A stretch of DNA of 64,000 nucleotides from assembly GCA_000004695.1 (NCBI GenBank), contig CM000155.2, positions 3,008,001-3,072,000 on the forward strand, read 5' to 3'. The stretch's first letter is position 1. Every line of letters starts with the position of its first letter. Both the position numbers and the translations under genes were made by a program. Origin of the DNA: Dictyostelium discoideum (Eukaryota). Shown here one piece after another: positions 34,366 to 47,533 of this stretch. The notes under the pieces are model-generated. The model did not search any database. It was not told the origin of the DNA and saw only the letters and a list, made by a program, of their open reading frames with translations.

Positions 34366-36187
34366 TCCAATAGAATTTGTGATATAGTAAATAATTTAGT
34401 TTCTATTAGTTTTTTATTTACTACAACAAAAATAGATAGATATAAAAATAGTTTTTTTTTTTTTTTTTTTCTCAAATATATATAAATATTAATAGTTTTT
34501 TATTTTTATTATTATTATTATTATTATTAATTAATAATTTTATAGAGAAGTTTCAGAACAACATTTATTTGAAATTTTCAATCAAGTTGGTTTAGTATCA
34601 AACATTAGAGTTTGTCGTGATACCAATACTCGTCGTTCATTAAGTTATGCATACGTTAACTACTATAATGGTGCAGATGCTGAACGTGCATTGGATACCT
34701 TAAACAATACCCCAATCAGAGGTAAGGCCTGTCGTATTATGTGGAGTCAACGTGATCCATCACTTCGTAAATCAGGTGTTGGTAATGTTTTCATCAAGAA
34801 CCTCGACAAAGGTATTGATCATAAAGCATTATATGATACCTTTAGTGCTTTTGGTAACATTTTATCATGCAAAGTTGTCACTGACGATGGTAACAGTAGC
34901 AAAGGTTTTGGTTTCGTTCACTATGAAACCCAAGAATCTGCCGATAAAGCTATTGCCAAAGTCAATGGTATGATGATTAACGGACAAAAGGTTTTCGTCG
35001 GTCCATTCAAATCCTCAAAGGAACGTGGTCAACCAACCGAAGTTAAATTCACCAATGTCTTCTTCAAGAATCTCTCTGAAGATGTAGGTCCAGATCAATT
35101 GAAAGAACTCCTCCAACAATATGGTGAAATTACCAACATCACCATAATGGCCGACGATAAGGGTAAGAGTAAAGGTTTTGGTTTCGCCAACTTTGAATCA
35201 GCCGAAGCTGCAAAGAACGTCGTTGAAAACGAAAATGGTAAAATCTTCCATGGTAAACCAATCTATGCTGGTCGTGCCCAAAAGAAGATTGAACGTGAAG
35301 CTGAACTCAAACACACTTTTGAAACCAAATATCAAGGTGTCAATCTCTACATCAAAAACATTGACGACTCTATCGACAATGATAAACTCCGTGAAGTTTT
35401 CTCTCAATTCGGTACCATAACCTCTGCTATCGTTATGAAAGACGACAAAGCCACCACCAGCAAAGGTTTTGGTTTCGTTTGTTACACCGCACCAGATGAG
35501 GCCACTCGTGCCGTCACCGAAATGAACGGTCGTATGATTGGTACCAAGCCATTGTACGTTGCTTTAGCTCAACGTAAAGATATTCGTCGTGCTCAACTCG
35601 AAATGCAACACCAACAAAAATTCAAAACTGGTATCCGTCAACAAATGCCACCAACCTACGGTAGTGGTCCAGTTTTCTTCACTCCAGCCCCAGTCAACCC
35701 ACAAGTTGTCTACCAACAAATGATGCCACGTCCACGTAACTGGAACGGTCAACCAGTAGGTGTCCCACAAGGTCAATACGCCAATATGAACTATGCCCGT
35801 GGTCAACCACGTCAAAATGGTCCACGTCAAAACGGTGGTCAACCACGTCAAAACGGTCCACGTCCAGACGTTTCAGGTGCTCAACCAATTCCAGTTCAAC
35901 AACAAACCACTTTGGATGTCGCTCAAACTCAACAAGCCGCCTCATCAGCTGAATCTGCTCTTAACCTCCAATCAATCATCAATCTCCCATCTCGTGATCA
36001 ACAAAACGTTGCTCTCGGTGAACACCTCTACCCATTAATCCACAACTCTCAACCAGATTTGGCCGGTAAAATCACAGGTATGCTCTTAGACTCTTTACCA
36101 GTTGAAGAATTATTCACCCTTACTCAACGTCAAGACTTGTTAGCCGATAAAATCAGAGAAGCCCTTGAAGTTTTAGGTTCAAACTAA
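33877..36187 (+). CDS. pabpc1A: cytoplasmic poly(A)-binding protein (2 exons: 33877-33932, 34546-36187; ~565 aa)
   Basis: Exon 1 (MATNFTPISSSLYVGDLLP) ends at a GTAAGT donor. Exon 2 carries four RRMs with RNP1 motifs KGFGFVHY, KGFGFANF and KGFGFVCY. The C-terminal PABC/MLLE domain reads HLYPLIHNSQPDLAGKITGMLLDSLPVEELFTLTQRQDLLADKIREALEVL. The GC-enriched codon usage indicates high expression. The paralogue symbol is tentative. Confidence 0.85.
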
Positions 36188-36864
36188 AACCCACCACCAA
36201 TTATTTAATATATAATAAAAAATATAAATAAAAAAACAACTCCAACAACAACTAAAAAAAAAAAATTTAAAAAAAAAAAAAAATTAAAAGAAAGTATTAT
36301 TTATTTGTTTTGAGTTTTTAATGATATATCATTTTTAGAATTTTTTTTAATTTTTATTATTTTGGATTATCTTCAATATTACTCTTCACTTCAATTCCTA
36401 TATAACATTTATTGTATATATATATATTGGTTTGGCTTAATAAGAAAGGGTATTTGATAATAATTACAAAGATCATTTCTATTGTGGTTTTATTAAATTT
36501 ATCTGTGGAATTAAAAATAAAAATAAATTTTAAACAAAATTTAAATATTTTTTTGAAATTGAAAAACTTGGATTTTAATAAAAGTAATTGATAATTTTTA
36601 TGATAATAAACTAAAATAAAATTGATTGGGAAAAATTATTTTTAAAAAAGAACTTCCAATTATCTTTTTTTTTAATTTTTATCCCAATCAATTTTAAAAT
36701 TTTTTTTTAATAATTTATCCCAATCAATTTTAAAATAATTTTTTTTTAAAAAATAAAAATTAAAAAATACAAAATGATTTAATTTTATTATATATTATTT
36801 TTTTTATTTTTATTTTATTTTTTAATTTTTTTTTTTTATTTTTTATTTTATTATTTTTATTTAT

Positions 36865-38953
36865 TTAACTAACTTGTAATTTCATAGTAATATTAACAGC
36901 AGCAAGTTCAGCAACTAAATAAGTGAAAACGTAAGGAATTGAAATTGTAGCGATTGAATCACTGGATTTACAAGATTTACATTCAGAAACAGTTTGATTG
37001 GAATAATCTTTTTTAGAGTAGATTGTGAGGGTACTACCACATAATTTACAAACTTTAATCTTTGCGAAATCAGAGGATTTCATGAGACGATCATTCAAAC
37101 AGAAACTAGCACCATGAGCCAAAAGGGAATCACGTTCCATCTCACCGAAACGAATACCACCACCAACCTTACGACCTTTAATTGGTTGACGAGTTAAAGC
37201 ATTAACTTTACCGAGAGCACGTACTTGATATTTATCTTTAACCATATGACGTAATCTTTGATAGTAACAAACACCGAAAAAGATTTCACATTCAAATTCT
37301 TTACCAGTGGTACCACTATACATTTGTTCATTACCAAAACGATTGAAACCTGCCTTTGCCAATTGTTCACCAAAGAAATCGATGGCTGTATTGTTTTCAT
37401 CGAATTGGAAAGCGGTGGCATCTTGGAATTTACCATGGATTGCACCAGCTTTACCGGCTAAAATCTCTACCAACATACCAATGGTCATACGTGATGGGAA
37501 AGCATTTGGATTGATAATTACATCTGGTTTCATACCACTTTCAGTGAATGGCATATTAATTTCTGGCCATAATTGGGAAAGAACACCTTTTTGACCATGA
37601 CGAGAGGAAAATTTATCACCAATGACAGGATTACGATTGAAACGTAATTTAACACAAATGTTATTGATTTTAGATGGATCACGAGTTGCACCATTTGGAC
37701 CGAAAATGATACGAACATCTTCAATATAAGCTTCTTCTTTACCTTTGTAATCTTTGGTGACTTGTCTACCATCGGATGGACGAATATAGGTATAATATGG
37801 TTCACCAGGTTTAATTAAACGACCAACGAATGGAAGACCATCGGTATCAATAAATTTATCCAATTCATCTACAACTGTATTTGGACGACCAAAAAATGTT
37901 TTCTTTTGTTCAAAACGTGATAAACCTTGATCCAAATCGATGTATTCATTCTTGTAAACGGAACCATGACCAAAACCACGTTCATAAGCGGATTTATTAA
38001 TAATCATAGCATCTTCCATATCGTAACCAGTATTTGAAATTACGGCAATAACAGCATTACAACCGTGTGGATAATCATTACAACGGAATTTGAATTGATT
38101 TTTAGTGTGTACGATTGGTTTTTGTACATTTTGAACCTTGTATAATTTATTATCGGTACGGAATGGATAGGAATGTAATGGGGTACCCATAGTTTGTTTT
38201 GCCATTTGACATTGATACATATTACGTGGTGATTGATTGTAGTCAGAGAATGGTGTAAGATTTGCCAACAATGAAAACATAGCAGTTGGTGAAGTTTCAA
38301 TATGAGTTGTAACACCTTTGATAACTTCATGTGGTACAACAGCAATCTCCATATATAGTTGTTCTTGTGGTCCAATCAATTCATTTTGACCACTTGTCAA
38401 ATTGACTACTGGTCTCATGAAACGTGCACCAGTTGTAAACAATGAAATGCCTGAATATTGACCATTTTCAACGTTGGTTGGTGGTGCATATGAAATTTCC
38501 ATGGTTTTTGGAATTGATGGTTCATTACCCATTGAACGAAGATAACGTAACATTTTAACCATCTCTTCACCTGCTTTTGGTTCAATCTTACCCAATACAC
38601 GACCATCCAATGTAATAGTGAGATATTGATGTTGATAAACACTAACCATATCAATTGGTAACATACCATGTGCTGCTAAAAATGATGGTAATAATGTTTG
38701 TGCCTTTTGAACAGTTGGATCTTGTGCTGCATCAACTGTAACCAAACAATTTGATGATAAATGATTCAATAAACCACATGGTGCACCATCTGGTGTATGT
38801 ACTGGACAGAAAAAGCCCCAACTTTCTGGCATCAACTTTCTAATTGCTGTAGTTTTCATTGTTGCAAAAAATGCACCTCTATGAATTGATCTAAAATGTG
38901 AAATAAATCTTAAAAAGTTTAATTTATCTGCAATAACACAAAAACCTGATGTC

Positions 38954-39039
<86 letters not shown>

Positions 39040-40492
39040 TTATTAATAACCTATTAATTAAATAATAGTTTTTTTTTTTTTAATTACTTACTTGTTGTAA
39101 ATCAATACCAGAACTTGATCTAAGATTACCAGTTGCTAAGAAATAACTAAATCTATCAGCTATTTTAAAGTTTTTATCTAATACTTTTTTAAGTGCATCT
39201 GGCAATTTATCACCAGATTTCTTTTTATCTTCAAAACTCTTTAAAACAAATGATTTTGTAGATTCTAAATATTCTGTTAATTTCTCTTTTAAAATCATAC
39301 CATAAATATGACCAGCTAATAAAACTTCTTGGAATGCTGGTGAATCAATATTATCTGTACCACATTTACCACCAACCATTGCATATAATTTTTGAATCAT
39401 TAAACTATTAATAAAATAAATTTTAAAAAAAAAAAAAAAAAAAAATTAATATTTTTAATAAAATAAATTTTTATAATAAAATTTAATAAATATAACTTAC
39501 ATTAATAAATTATATTTATCATTATAATTTGGTAAATGAACAAAAACAAATTGATTAATAAACCATCTACCAATTTTAATATTTGAAAATGAAGGTGGGA
39601 ATTGAGTACGAGCTCTAAAACGTGAACCAATATAATCTAAAACTTCTTCTTGAGTGTTAATATTATTAATTTTTTGTTCACGAAGTGATAATTCAACACG
39701 ATCAGTGAGAAAAGTATTTTCATTATCACCTTGAACGATATTTTCATAGATTTCCTTTTCAGTGGTATCTTTTAATGCTTTTAAGAGGAGAGTAGCAGGT
39801 AAAAAGAATTCTTGACGACGATATAAGAAACGTAATGTAGTTTGACCATCATTGATATAATGAAGATTGTTTGTAATTGATGAACGATCTGGACGAACAC
39901 AACGAATGGTAATACCATTTTTAGTGTAACCTGGACCTCTGTTTGTCCATGCTTTTCTGTGAAGTGCAACTGGATGATTTGCTTTTGTCATGACCAACAT
40001 ACGTACAACCTTTTCATTACCATTGACAATGAAATAACCACCTTGCTCCAATTCCTCTTCTCTACTTTCAATTAATTTCTCTGGTGACATGCCATTGAGG
40101 TGACAATATCTTGACTTCACCATAATTGGTAAACGACCTAAATCAACCTCAAATGTATGAGTTGGCTCTTGTTTATTATAATCTACCTCTGTACCGTCAT
40201 CCATCTCATCCATTTCATTAACTTCATATAAACCAATTGCACCTTTAAATGGTGCATTATAAGTTGTACCGGTTTCTCTTGATTCATTTGGATATAATTT
40301 AATCTCTTTTTCAACAATATTACGTGTTGGTCTTGAAAGTTTCAAATCTGTAAATCTGATTTTATATTGAGTACTATTATGTTCAAAATATAATGGTTCA
40401 CTATCTTTTAATACTAAATCTATACCATGATCTGTAAAAAAATCAAATGAATCAATGTGTGGTTGGATTAATGATTTTAATTCTTCACTCAT
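36865..40492 (-). CDS. rpa2: DNA-directed RNA polymerase I second-largest subunit, RPA2/RPA135 (3 exons: 39501-40492, 39092-39404, 36865-38952; ~1130 aa)
   Basis: It is collinear with yeast Rpa135. Ours LLILMIQKLYAMVGGKCGTDNIDSPAFQEVLLAGHIYGMILKEK aligns with LLFMIRKLYSLVAGECSPDNPDATQHQEVLLGGFLYGMILKEK. Ours [26 protein letters not shown] aligns with [26 protein letters not shown]. The C-terminal Zn-ribbon (CKLCGS...CKSCKS) is present. The introns (GTAAGT donors, TTAG acceptors) fall exactly where the raw ORFs break. Confidence 0.9.
38955..39037. repeat. (TAA)n microsatellite inside rpa2 intron 2
   Basis: This is a perfect trinucleotide run of about 28 units. Confidence 0.9.
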
Positions 40493-40578
40493 TTTTTTTC
40501 TTTTCTTCTTTTAATTCCTTTCTTTTTTTTTTTTTTTTTTGATTTTTTTTTTTTTTTTTTTATGGTATATAATATATA

Positions 40579-40610
<32 letters not shown>

Positions 40611-40906
40611 ATATTTTAATTATTTAAATTATTATTTATTTAAATATTTTAAATATATAAATATATATATATATAATTATTTTTTTTTTGAAACCGAACG
40701 AAAAAAAATAAAAAATAATAAAAAATAAAAATAAAAAATTTTTTTTCGTTTTTTTTTTTTTTTATTTTTTATTTTTTATTATTTTTTATTTTTTGGAAAA
40801 AAAAAAAATTAATTTTAAATAAAATAAAAATTCGAAAAACGAAAAAAAAAAAAAAAAAATCTTAAAATAATTTTTTTTCATTATTTTTGGATCAAATAAA
40901 TTAAAA

Positions 40907-41118
40907 ATGCCAAGTTTTTCATGTGATAATTGTGGTGATATTTTAGAGAAAAAGAAATTAGCATTCCATAGATGCAATAGTCGTCGTACTGATTATTCAT
41001 GTGTACAATGTTCAGGTAGATTCTCACTGGAATCCAGTAAAGCACATTCAATTTGCATATCTGAAGAACAAAAAGTTCAAGGTAAATTATATAGAGGTCC
41101 AAGAAATGGAAATAATAA

Positions 41119-41166
<48 letters not shown>

Positions 41167-42490
41167 TAATAATAATAATAATAAAAGAAAGTTAGAAGAA
41201 AATAAAAAAGAAGAAGCAAAGAAAAAGAAAAAAGTTGAATCATCAGATTCATCAGATTCATCTTCATCAGATTCATCATCAAGTGAAAGTGAAGATGAAA
41301 AGAAAAAGAAAAAAGAAATTAAAAAAGTTGAAACTAAAAAACCAATTAAAAAAGTTGAATCATCAGATTCATCAGATTCAGATTCATCAGATTCATCAAG
41401 TGAGGATGAAAAGAAAAAGAAAGATAATAAAAAAGTTGAAACTAAAAAAGTTGAAACTAAAAAAGTTGAAACTAAAAAAGTTGAAACTAAAAAAGAAGAA
41501 TCATCCGATTCAGATTCATCTGATTCAGATTCATCATCAAGTGAAAGTGAAAGTGAAGATGAAAAGAAAAAAAAAGACACTAAAAAAGTTGAAATTAAAA
41601 AAGAAGAATCAGAGTCAGAATCAAGTGAAAGTGAAAGTGAAGATGAAAATAAAGATAATAAAAAAGTTGGAACAAAAAAAGAAGAATCATCCGATTCAGA
41701 TTCATCATCAAGTGAAAGTGAAAGTGAAGATGAAAAGAAAAAGAAAAATAATAAAAAAGTTGAAGCTAAAAAAGAAGAGTCATCAGATTCAGAATCAGAA
41801 TCAGAATCAGAATCATCATCATCATCATCATCATCATCAAGCGAAAGTGAAAGTGAAGATGAAAAGAAAAAGAAAGATTCTAAAAAAGTTGAAACTAAAA
41901 AAGAAGGATCATCAGATTCAGAATCATCAAGTGAAAGTGTGGAAGATGAAAAGATGGATATTGAAAAGGTTGAAATTAAAAAAGAAGAGTCATCAGATTC
42001 AGAATCTTCATCACCAGCATCAAGTGAAAGTAAGGAGGAAGAAAAGATGGATATTGAAAAAGAAGAAACAAAAAAAGAAGAATCATCATCATCATCAAGC
42101 GAAAGTGAGGAGGAACAAAAGAAATCTAAAAAAGAAGATTCAGATTCAGATGAATCAAGTGAAGACGAAAAGAAAAAAGAAGAATCATCATCATCAAGTG
42201 AAAGTGAAGATGAAAAGAAAAAAGAAGATTCGGATTCAGAATCAAGTGAAGACGAAAAGAAAAAAGAAGATTCAGATTCATCATCATCAAGTGAAAGTGA
42301 AGATGAGGATAAAAAGAAAAAGGATTCATCATCAAGTGAAAGTGAAAGTGAAAAAGAATCTGATTCATCATCATCATCGAGCGAATCCGATTCAAGCTCT
42401 AGCTCCGATTCAGATTCCTCTTCATCATCTTCCTCTTCCTCTTCTTCATCATCTTCCAGTGAATCAGAGTCTGAATCAGACTCTGAATAA
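40907..42490 (+). CDS. LYAR-type C2HC zinc-finger nucleolar protein with a long Ser/Asp/Glu-Lys acidic-basic repeat region (527 aa)
   Basis: The N-terminus MPSFSCDNCGDILEKKKLAFHRCNSRRTDYSCVQCSGRFSLESSKAHSICISEEQK matches the LYAR double zinc finger. Positions 41220-42490 are tandem S/D-rich and E/K-rich blocks (KKVETKK repeats, SSDSDSSSSESESEDEKKKK). These blocks generate spurious overlapping ORFs in every frame. Confidence 0.75.
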
Positions 42491-42594
42491 AAAAAAAAAA
42501 AAAAAAGAAAAAGTGTAATAAAAACAAAATTATAAAACTAAATATAATAATGATAGTGTGCATTGCTTTAATTTTTTATTTTATATCTTAATAT

Positions 42595-43372
42595 TTATTT
42601 TTTGGAAAATAAAGATCTTGAGGAAGCATTTGAGGCAGATTGGGATTGTTGAGAGTTATTATTATTATTATTATTATTACTATTATTATTATTATTATTA
42701 TTATTATTATCATTATCACTATTTTGGATTTTATTTAAATCATTTATACCACTGACATAAGAAGCTCTAATTTTATTAATTTCCATCATTGAAAAGTTTT
42801 TAAATTCCATTGTCGTTACAGATTCACCATCGGTTAATGAATTTAAATGACTTTTCAAAGATTCTTCTAATTTTTTTTCTCTTCTTGATAAAATGTCTCC
42901 TTTTAAAATTCTAATTTTATTTATATCTTTAATATCATCTGGACAATTTGCCAATAATAATGACGATATCTCATCAAAATTCTCTGGTAATTCTATAAAA
43001 CCATCTTTTATTTTATTTTCTTCTTGAAATTTAGCCTTTAATTTATCTATATATAATATTAATTATTATTATTATTGTTATTTTTTAAGTTTTTTTTTTT
43101 TTAACTGTGGGGTTATTATTATTATTATTATTATTATTATTTTTAAACATACTATAAGTCATCCAATCTGGTGGAGTTATTGTACATTTTTTCTTTTTTT
43201 TTAATGAAATTGCTAACCAAAGAGGTATCTCAATTGGGAAAGATGGAACAAACGGACCATATTCTCCTGATAAAAATATAAGTGATTCCATTTTAAAATT
43301 TGGAACTACCGTTATTGTTGTATCTTCTGCTAAAAATTCAATTTGTGATGGTAATAGCCCTATATCCTCCAT
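42595..43372 (-). CDS. gins2: GINS complex subunit Psf2 (2 exons: 43153-43372, 42595-43046; ~223 aa)
   Basis: The spliced protein reads [73 protein letters not shown]|[12 protein letters not shown]...[33 protein letters not shown].... It is collinear with human GINS2 (EVEFLAEKELVTIIPNF...[23 protein letters not shown]). The C-terminal poly-N insertion is Dictyostelium-typical. Confidence 0.8.
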
Positions 43373-43467
43373 TCTTTTTTTTTATTATTTATTTATTTAT
43401 ATATGTTTGGAGTACTCCTCTAGTTGCTTGAAAAATAAAAATAAAATTAAAAAAATTAAAAAATCAG

Positions 43468-43510
<43 letters not shown>

Positions 43511-43865
43511 GCGGGCGAAGTTTTCTGTATGTTTTTTTTTGTTTATATTTTAAATTAATATATTTTATTTATATATTATTAAATTAATATCTAATATATT
43601 TTTTTACAATAATTTTATTTTAATATTTTATTTTTTTTTTTTGAGATATTTTGGTGAGTTGGTACAATTTTATCGAAATTTGGGAAATTTAACTATTACC
43701 CAGGAAACCAAACTTTTTTTTTTATTTTTTTATTTTTATTTTATTTTTTTTTTTTTTTTTTATAAAAAATATCTTTGAATTTGGTTTTTAAGTTTTTATA
43801 TTTTTCATTTTTTTTTTTTTATTTTTTTATTCTTTTTTTATTCTCCTTTATAAAAATAAGCAAAA

Positions 43866-44056
43866 ATGAGATTCATTATTTCACTTTTATTTGTTTTTAC
43901 ATTAATTTTTAATTTAGCATTTTCACATATTGGTATTGATGTTTCCTCAGGAACCAACGAATCGGGATTTGAATGCTTCAAACAAAAAAAATATTCTCGT
44001 GCTATTATTAGAGTATTTATTTTTAAATTTCAAAAAAAAAAAAACAAAATTTAAAT

Positions 44057-44092
<36 letters not shown>

Positions 44093-44770
44093 TATATTTA
44101 AAATTAACATATTTTTTTTTTTATTTATTTATTATTATTTGATTTTTTTTTTTAAATAAAAATAGTGTTACGAATCAATTGGTTCAATTGATACAAATTG
44201 TAAACCATCAATTGAAAATGCAAAGAAAGCTGGTATTGAAACCATTGACGTTTATTTATTCCCATGTTACGATTGCGGTAATCCAGAAAATCAAGTTACA
44301 ACAACTTCTCATTATTTGAAAGATTATTTAAAGGATCTTGATTTCCTTTGGTTAGATATTGAAGGTCCAGGTCAATACTGGTCTGGTTCATATGACAATA
44401 ATAAAAAATTCATCCAAGGACTCTTAGATAGTGCAAAAACTGCTGGTTTTAAACATGTTGGAATTTACACAAGTGAAGTTTGTATCTCTTTTTCTTTTTT
44501 TTTTTTTTTACATTTTATTATTATAAATTTTTAACCAATTTAAATTAAATTAAATTAAATTAAAAAATATAATAACAGAGTCAATGGCCAGGTATTGTTG
44601 GAAGTTGGGATGGTGGTAAAGATTACCCAATTTGGTATGCAAATTATGATGGAGCAGAAAATTTTAATGATTTTAGTCCATTTAACGGCTGGACTAAACC
44701 TCACATGAAACAATATGCAGGTAATATTAATGAATGTGGTCTTGGTATTGATAAGAACTATTGGGAATAA
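43866..44770 (+). CDS. secreted GH25-family (Chalaropsis-type) lysozyme (3 exons: 43866-44012, 44166-44477, 44579-44770; ~216 aa)
   Basis: A signal peptide (MRFIISLLFVFTLIFNLAFS) is followed by the GH25 N-terminal motif GIDVSS...FAIIR. The internal motif FLWLDIE supplies the catalytic D-x-E. The C-terminal segment is DYPIWYANY. Splice phases are 0/0, with GTATTT/GTTTGT donors. Confidence 0.7.
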
Positions 44771-45147
44771 ATATAAATATTTTAAATAAATAAAATAGTA
44801 TCTATTTTTGAAAAAAAAAAAAAAAAAAAAAAAATTGAAATCCAAATCTTTTGAGAAATAATTTTATATATTCTAATTTTTCTATAAATTTAAAATTTAA
44901 ATTTGATTTGTTTGATTGGAATTTATATTTTTTTTTTTTTTTTTTGAAATGGGTGTGGGTCATTTTATTTAGAGTTTTTAGTTCTACAGAATTAATTTCT
45001 TATTCATGTTTTTTTGTAGATTTTGTTGAGGGAATAGCAGAAAACTGGAGTTTTGTGGGGCTTTAGATCCTTTTCATTTTTGTAAATTTTTGGCCGTTAA
45101 TATAAATTGTATAAATTTTACTAAAAAAAATTTGGAATTCATACAAT

Positions 45148-45219
45148 TCCTCATTGGTGTAGTCGGTAACACTCTAGTCTTTCACACTGGTACCTCGGGT
45201 TCGATTCCCGAATGGGGAG
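45148..45219 (+). tRNA. tRNA-Glu (anticodon UUC)
   Basis: The sequence TCCTCATTGGTGTAGTCGGTAACACTCTAGTCTTTCACACTGGTACCTCGGGTTCGATTCCCGAATGGGGAG folds as a canonical cloverleaf. The anticodon loop CTTTCAC gives TTC. It is followed by T6 and is identical to the copy at 61439-61510. Confidence 0.9.
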
Positions 45220-45245
45220 CTTTTTTGACCCAAAATATAAAGATC

Positions 45246-45259
45246 GAGGGTTCGATGTC
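45246..45259 (+). promoter_or_regulatory. ex-B box downstream of tRNA-Glu
   Basis: GAGGGTTCGATGTC lies 27 bp past the tRNA 3' end. Confidence 0.6.
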
Positions 45260-46959
45260 ATATTCAATAGTGGATTGTATAAAAAATCGATTAACAATTA
45301 TTGAAAAAAAAAAATTAAAGATGTTCTATATAATTATAACTAGATTCTTTAAATATAAAAACCATATAAAAATTTTAAATTAATAATTTAGAATTTCTGT
45401 AATCCAAACTTTTAAAAAAAAAGAAATACTTTTTTAATATTGTGGTAAATTTTTATTAAATGGTTTATGGTGTACTCATAAAAAAAATTAAATTGATAGT
45501 TTTTAGTTTAAATTTTAAATTATAAACCTTAAATAAGTTCTTTTTTTAATTTTTATTTAAAAAAAAAAAAATTATGGACACATTAAAAAGTAAAAATAAA
45601 TTTTCTTGGATGTGTTATTTTCTTTATGATGAAAACCCACAAAAAAATAATAAAAATAAAAACTATACCAAAAAAAAAAAACAATATAATAAATAACTAT
45701 TGGTTATCAAAACATAATATGTTATAAATTTTTAACATTGTGAGTTCAACTTTATGTAATAAAAATATTAAAATAAAAAATAATAAAATAAAGTGGTAGT
45801 GGCTCAAAAATTTTTTTTCATATGAATAGAATATAAAAAAAAAAAAAAAAACTACCCAACAATATTGTGGATATAAATAGATATTTATCTAATTTTATTA
45901 TAAAAAAAAAAAATTATAAAAATAAAAAAATGAAATCGAGATAACCATGTTATTATAATGGGCAAGGTGACTTAAATGTTCAATATAAAAAAAAGTTTCA
46001 AACATAATAATTTATATCATTGCTTTGTAGTTTGAAATAAAATAATAAAAATTGTAACTTATATGATGAGATATTATTTTAACAGATAAAAAAAGTGGTA
46101 TATGTTAACATTTAGATGTCCACATGTGGTGTCAGTGTATCGTTTTGTGTGTTGTGGTTTTATTTTTATTTTTTTAATTTTATTATTTTTGTTTTGTTTA
46201 ATTTTTTTTTCTTTTTTTTTTTTTTTTTTTGTTATTTGTGATTTGTGGTTGTGTGGAAAAAAAAAAAATTTTATTTTTTTTTAACTGCCAACATAAATTT
46301 TTAATATGGGTAGGGTTGTGGGTTTTGTTTAAAAAAAAAAAAAATTTTTATACTCAGATCGTGAGTGATTGTAGATTGAGATATTTTTATAAACCCAAAA
46401 ATAACATAAAATTTTTTTTATTTTTTTTATTTTTTTTATTTTTTTCTTTTTTTTTTTTTTTTTCAGCGAGAGAATCAGACACAAAAACTTTTTTTTTTTT
46501 GTCTTTTTTTTTTTTTTTTACTCATACTATTATTTTTCATTTGTTGTATTATAATTTATAAAAACTTATTAAATACGTATATTATTATTTAATTTTTTTT
46601 ATATAATCTTTTTTTTTCCTTTCTCGCACATATAAATAAACTCTTAAAATGTCTAAAGTAAGTATTATTTGATTAAATAATATTTATTTCTTGATTAGTT
46701 TTTCTTTTTATATATTTTATAGTTTTTTTTTTTTTATTTTTTTTTTTTTATTTTTTTTTATATATCGGTATTCCAAAACACCACAAATTCCCAGATTTTT
46801 TATTTCTTTTTTTATTTTTTTTTTTTTCCCCCCAAAAAATTTTTTTGTATTTTTTTATTTTTATTATTACTGTTTAATTTTTATTTTTATTTTAAACATT
46901 TAAATTCTAATTATAATATCTTTTTTTTTATTATTATTATTATAAAACTATATTTAAAA

Positions 46960-47489
46960 ATGGTAAAAAAGTTTGGATCAACTGAAAAATGTATTGTTTG
47001 CACTAAAACTGTATACCCATTAGAAAAATTAGCAGCTGATGAAAAGATTTACCATAAATCTTGCTTCAAATGCACTGAATGTAATTCAATTCTCTCTTTA
47101 GGAAAATATGCAAGCAAAGATAATGGTACTCTCTTCTGCAAAGTTTGCTTCAAAAAAGTAATTATAATTTAAAAATTCCCGTATTTAATGTCACCAAATT
47201 AATTTTTATCATACTAATTTTTTTTTTTTCTTCTTTTTTTTATCATCAAACAGTTATTCTTTAGCAAAGGTAATTACTCTGAAGGTTTTGGTCAACTCAA
47301 AGTATGTAGCATAGATAAAAAAATAAAAAAAAAAAAAAAATAAAAAAAAGGTATATAAAATATATTAATATATTTATTTATTTTCTTTTTTTATAATAGC
47401 CACAACATGAATTCGAAAAGAAGAAAAATGGTGGTGAAAACAAAGAAGAAATCACTCCAAGTGAAGTTGAAGTTGCTGCATCTTCATAA
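46960..47489 (+). CDS. small LIM-domain protein, CRP-like (3 exons: 46960-47157, 47254-47301, 47400-47489; ~111 aa)
   Basis: It has a single LIM double zinc finger, CIVCTKTVYPLEKLAADEKIYHKSCFKCTECNSILSLGKYASKDNGTLFCKVC, followed by a glycine/aromatic linker and an acidic tail. Exon boundaries use GTAATT/GTATGT donors and CAG/TAG acceptors, all in phase 0. The downstream exons are inferred from splice signals only. Confidence 0.6.
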
Positions 47490-47496
47490 ACAATAA

Positions 47497-47533
<37 letters not shown>

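Noticed and set aside
41077-42518. Long overlapping ORFs on both strands (41077-41580 minus, 41235-42518 plus, 42126-42395 minus)
   Set aside because: They are frame-shifted or antisense readings of the Ser/Asp-Glu/Lys tandem repeat inside the LYAR-type gene (40907-42490). Only the frame continuous with the zinc finger is credible.
45090-45383. 97-aa ORF spanning tRNA-Glu
   Set aside because: It overlaps a canonical tRNA gene and its terminator. It has no coding composition.
46646-46660. ATGTCTAAA followed by a perfect GTAAGT donor upstream of the LIM gene, a possible mini first exon
   Set aside because: No acceptor joins it in frame to the LIM ORF or to any downstream ORF. It is likely a chance ATG-GTAAGT in AT-rich DNA.
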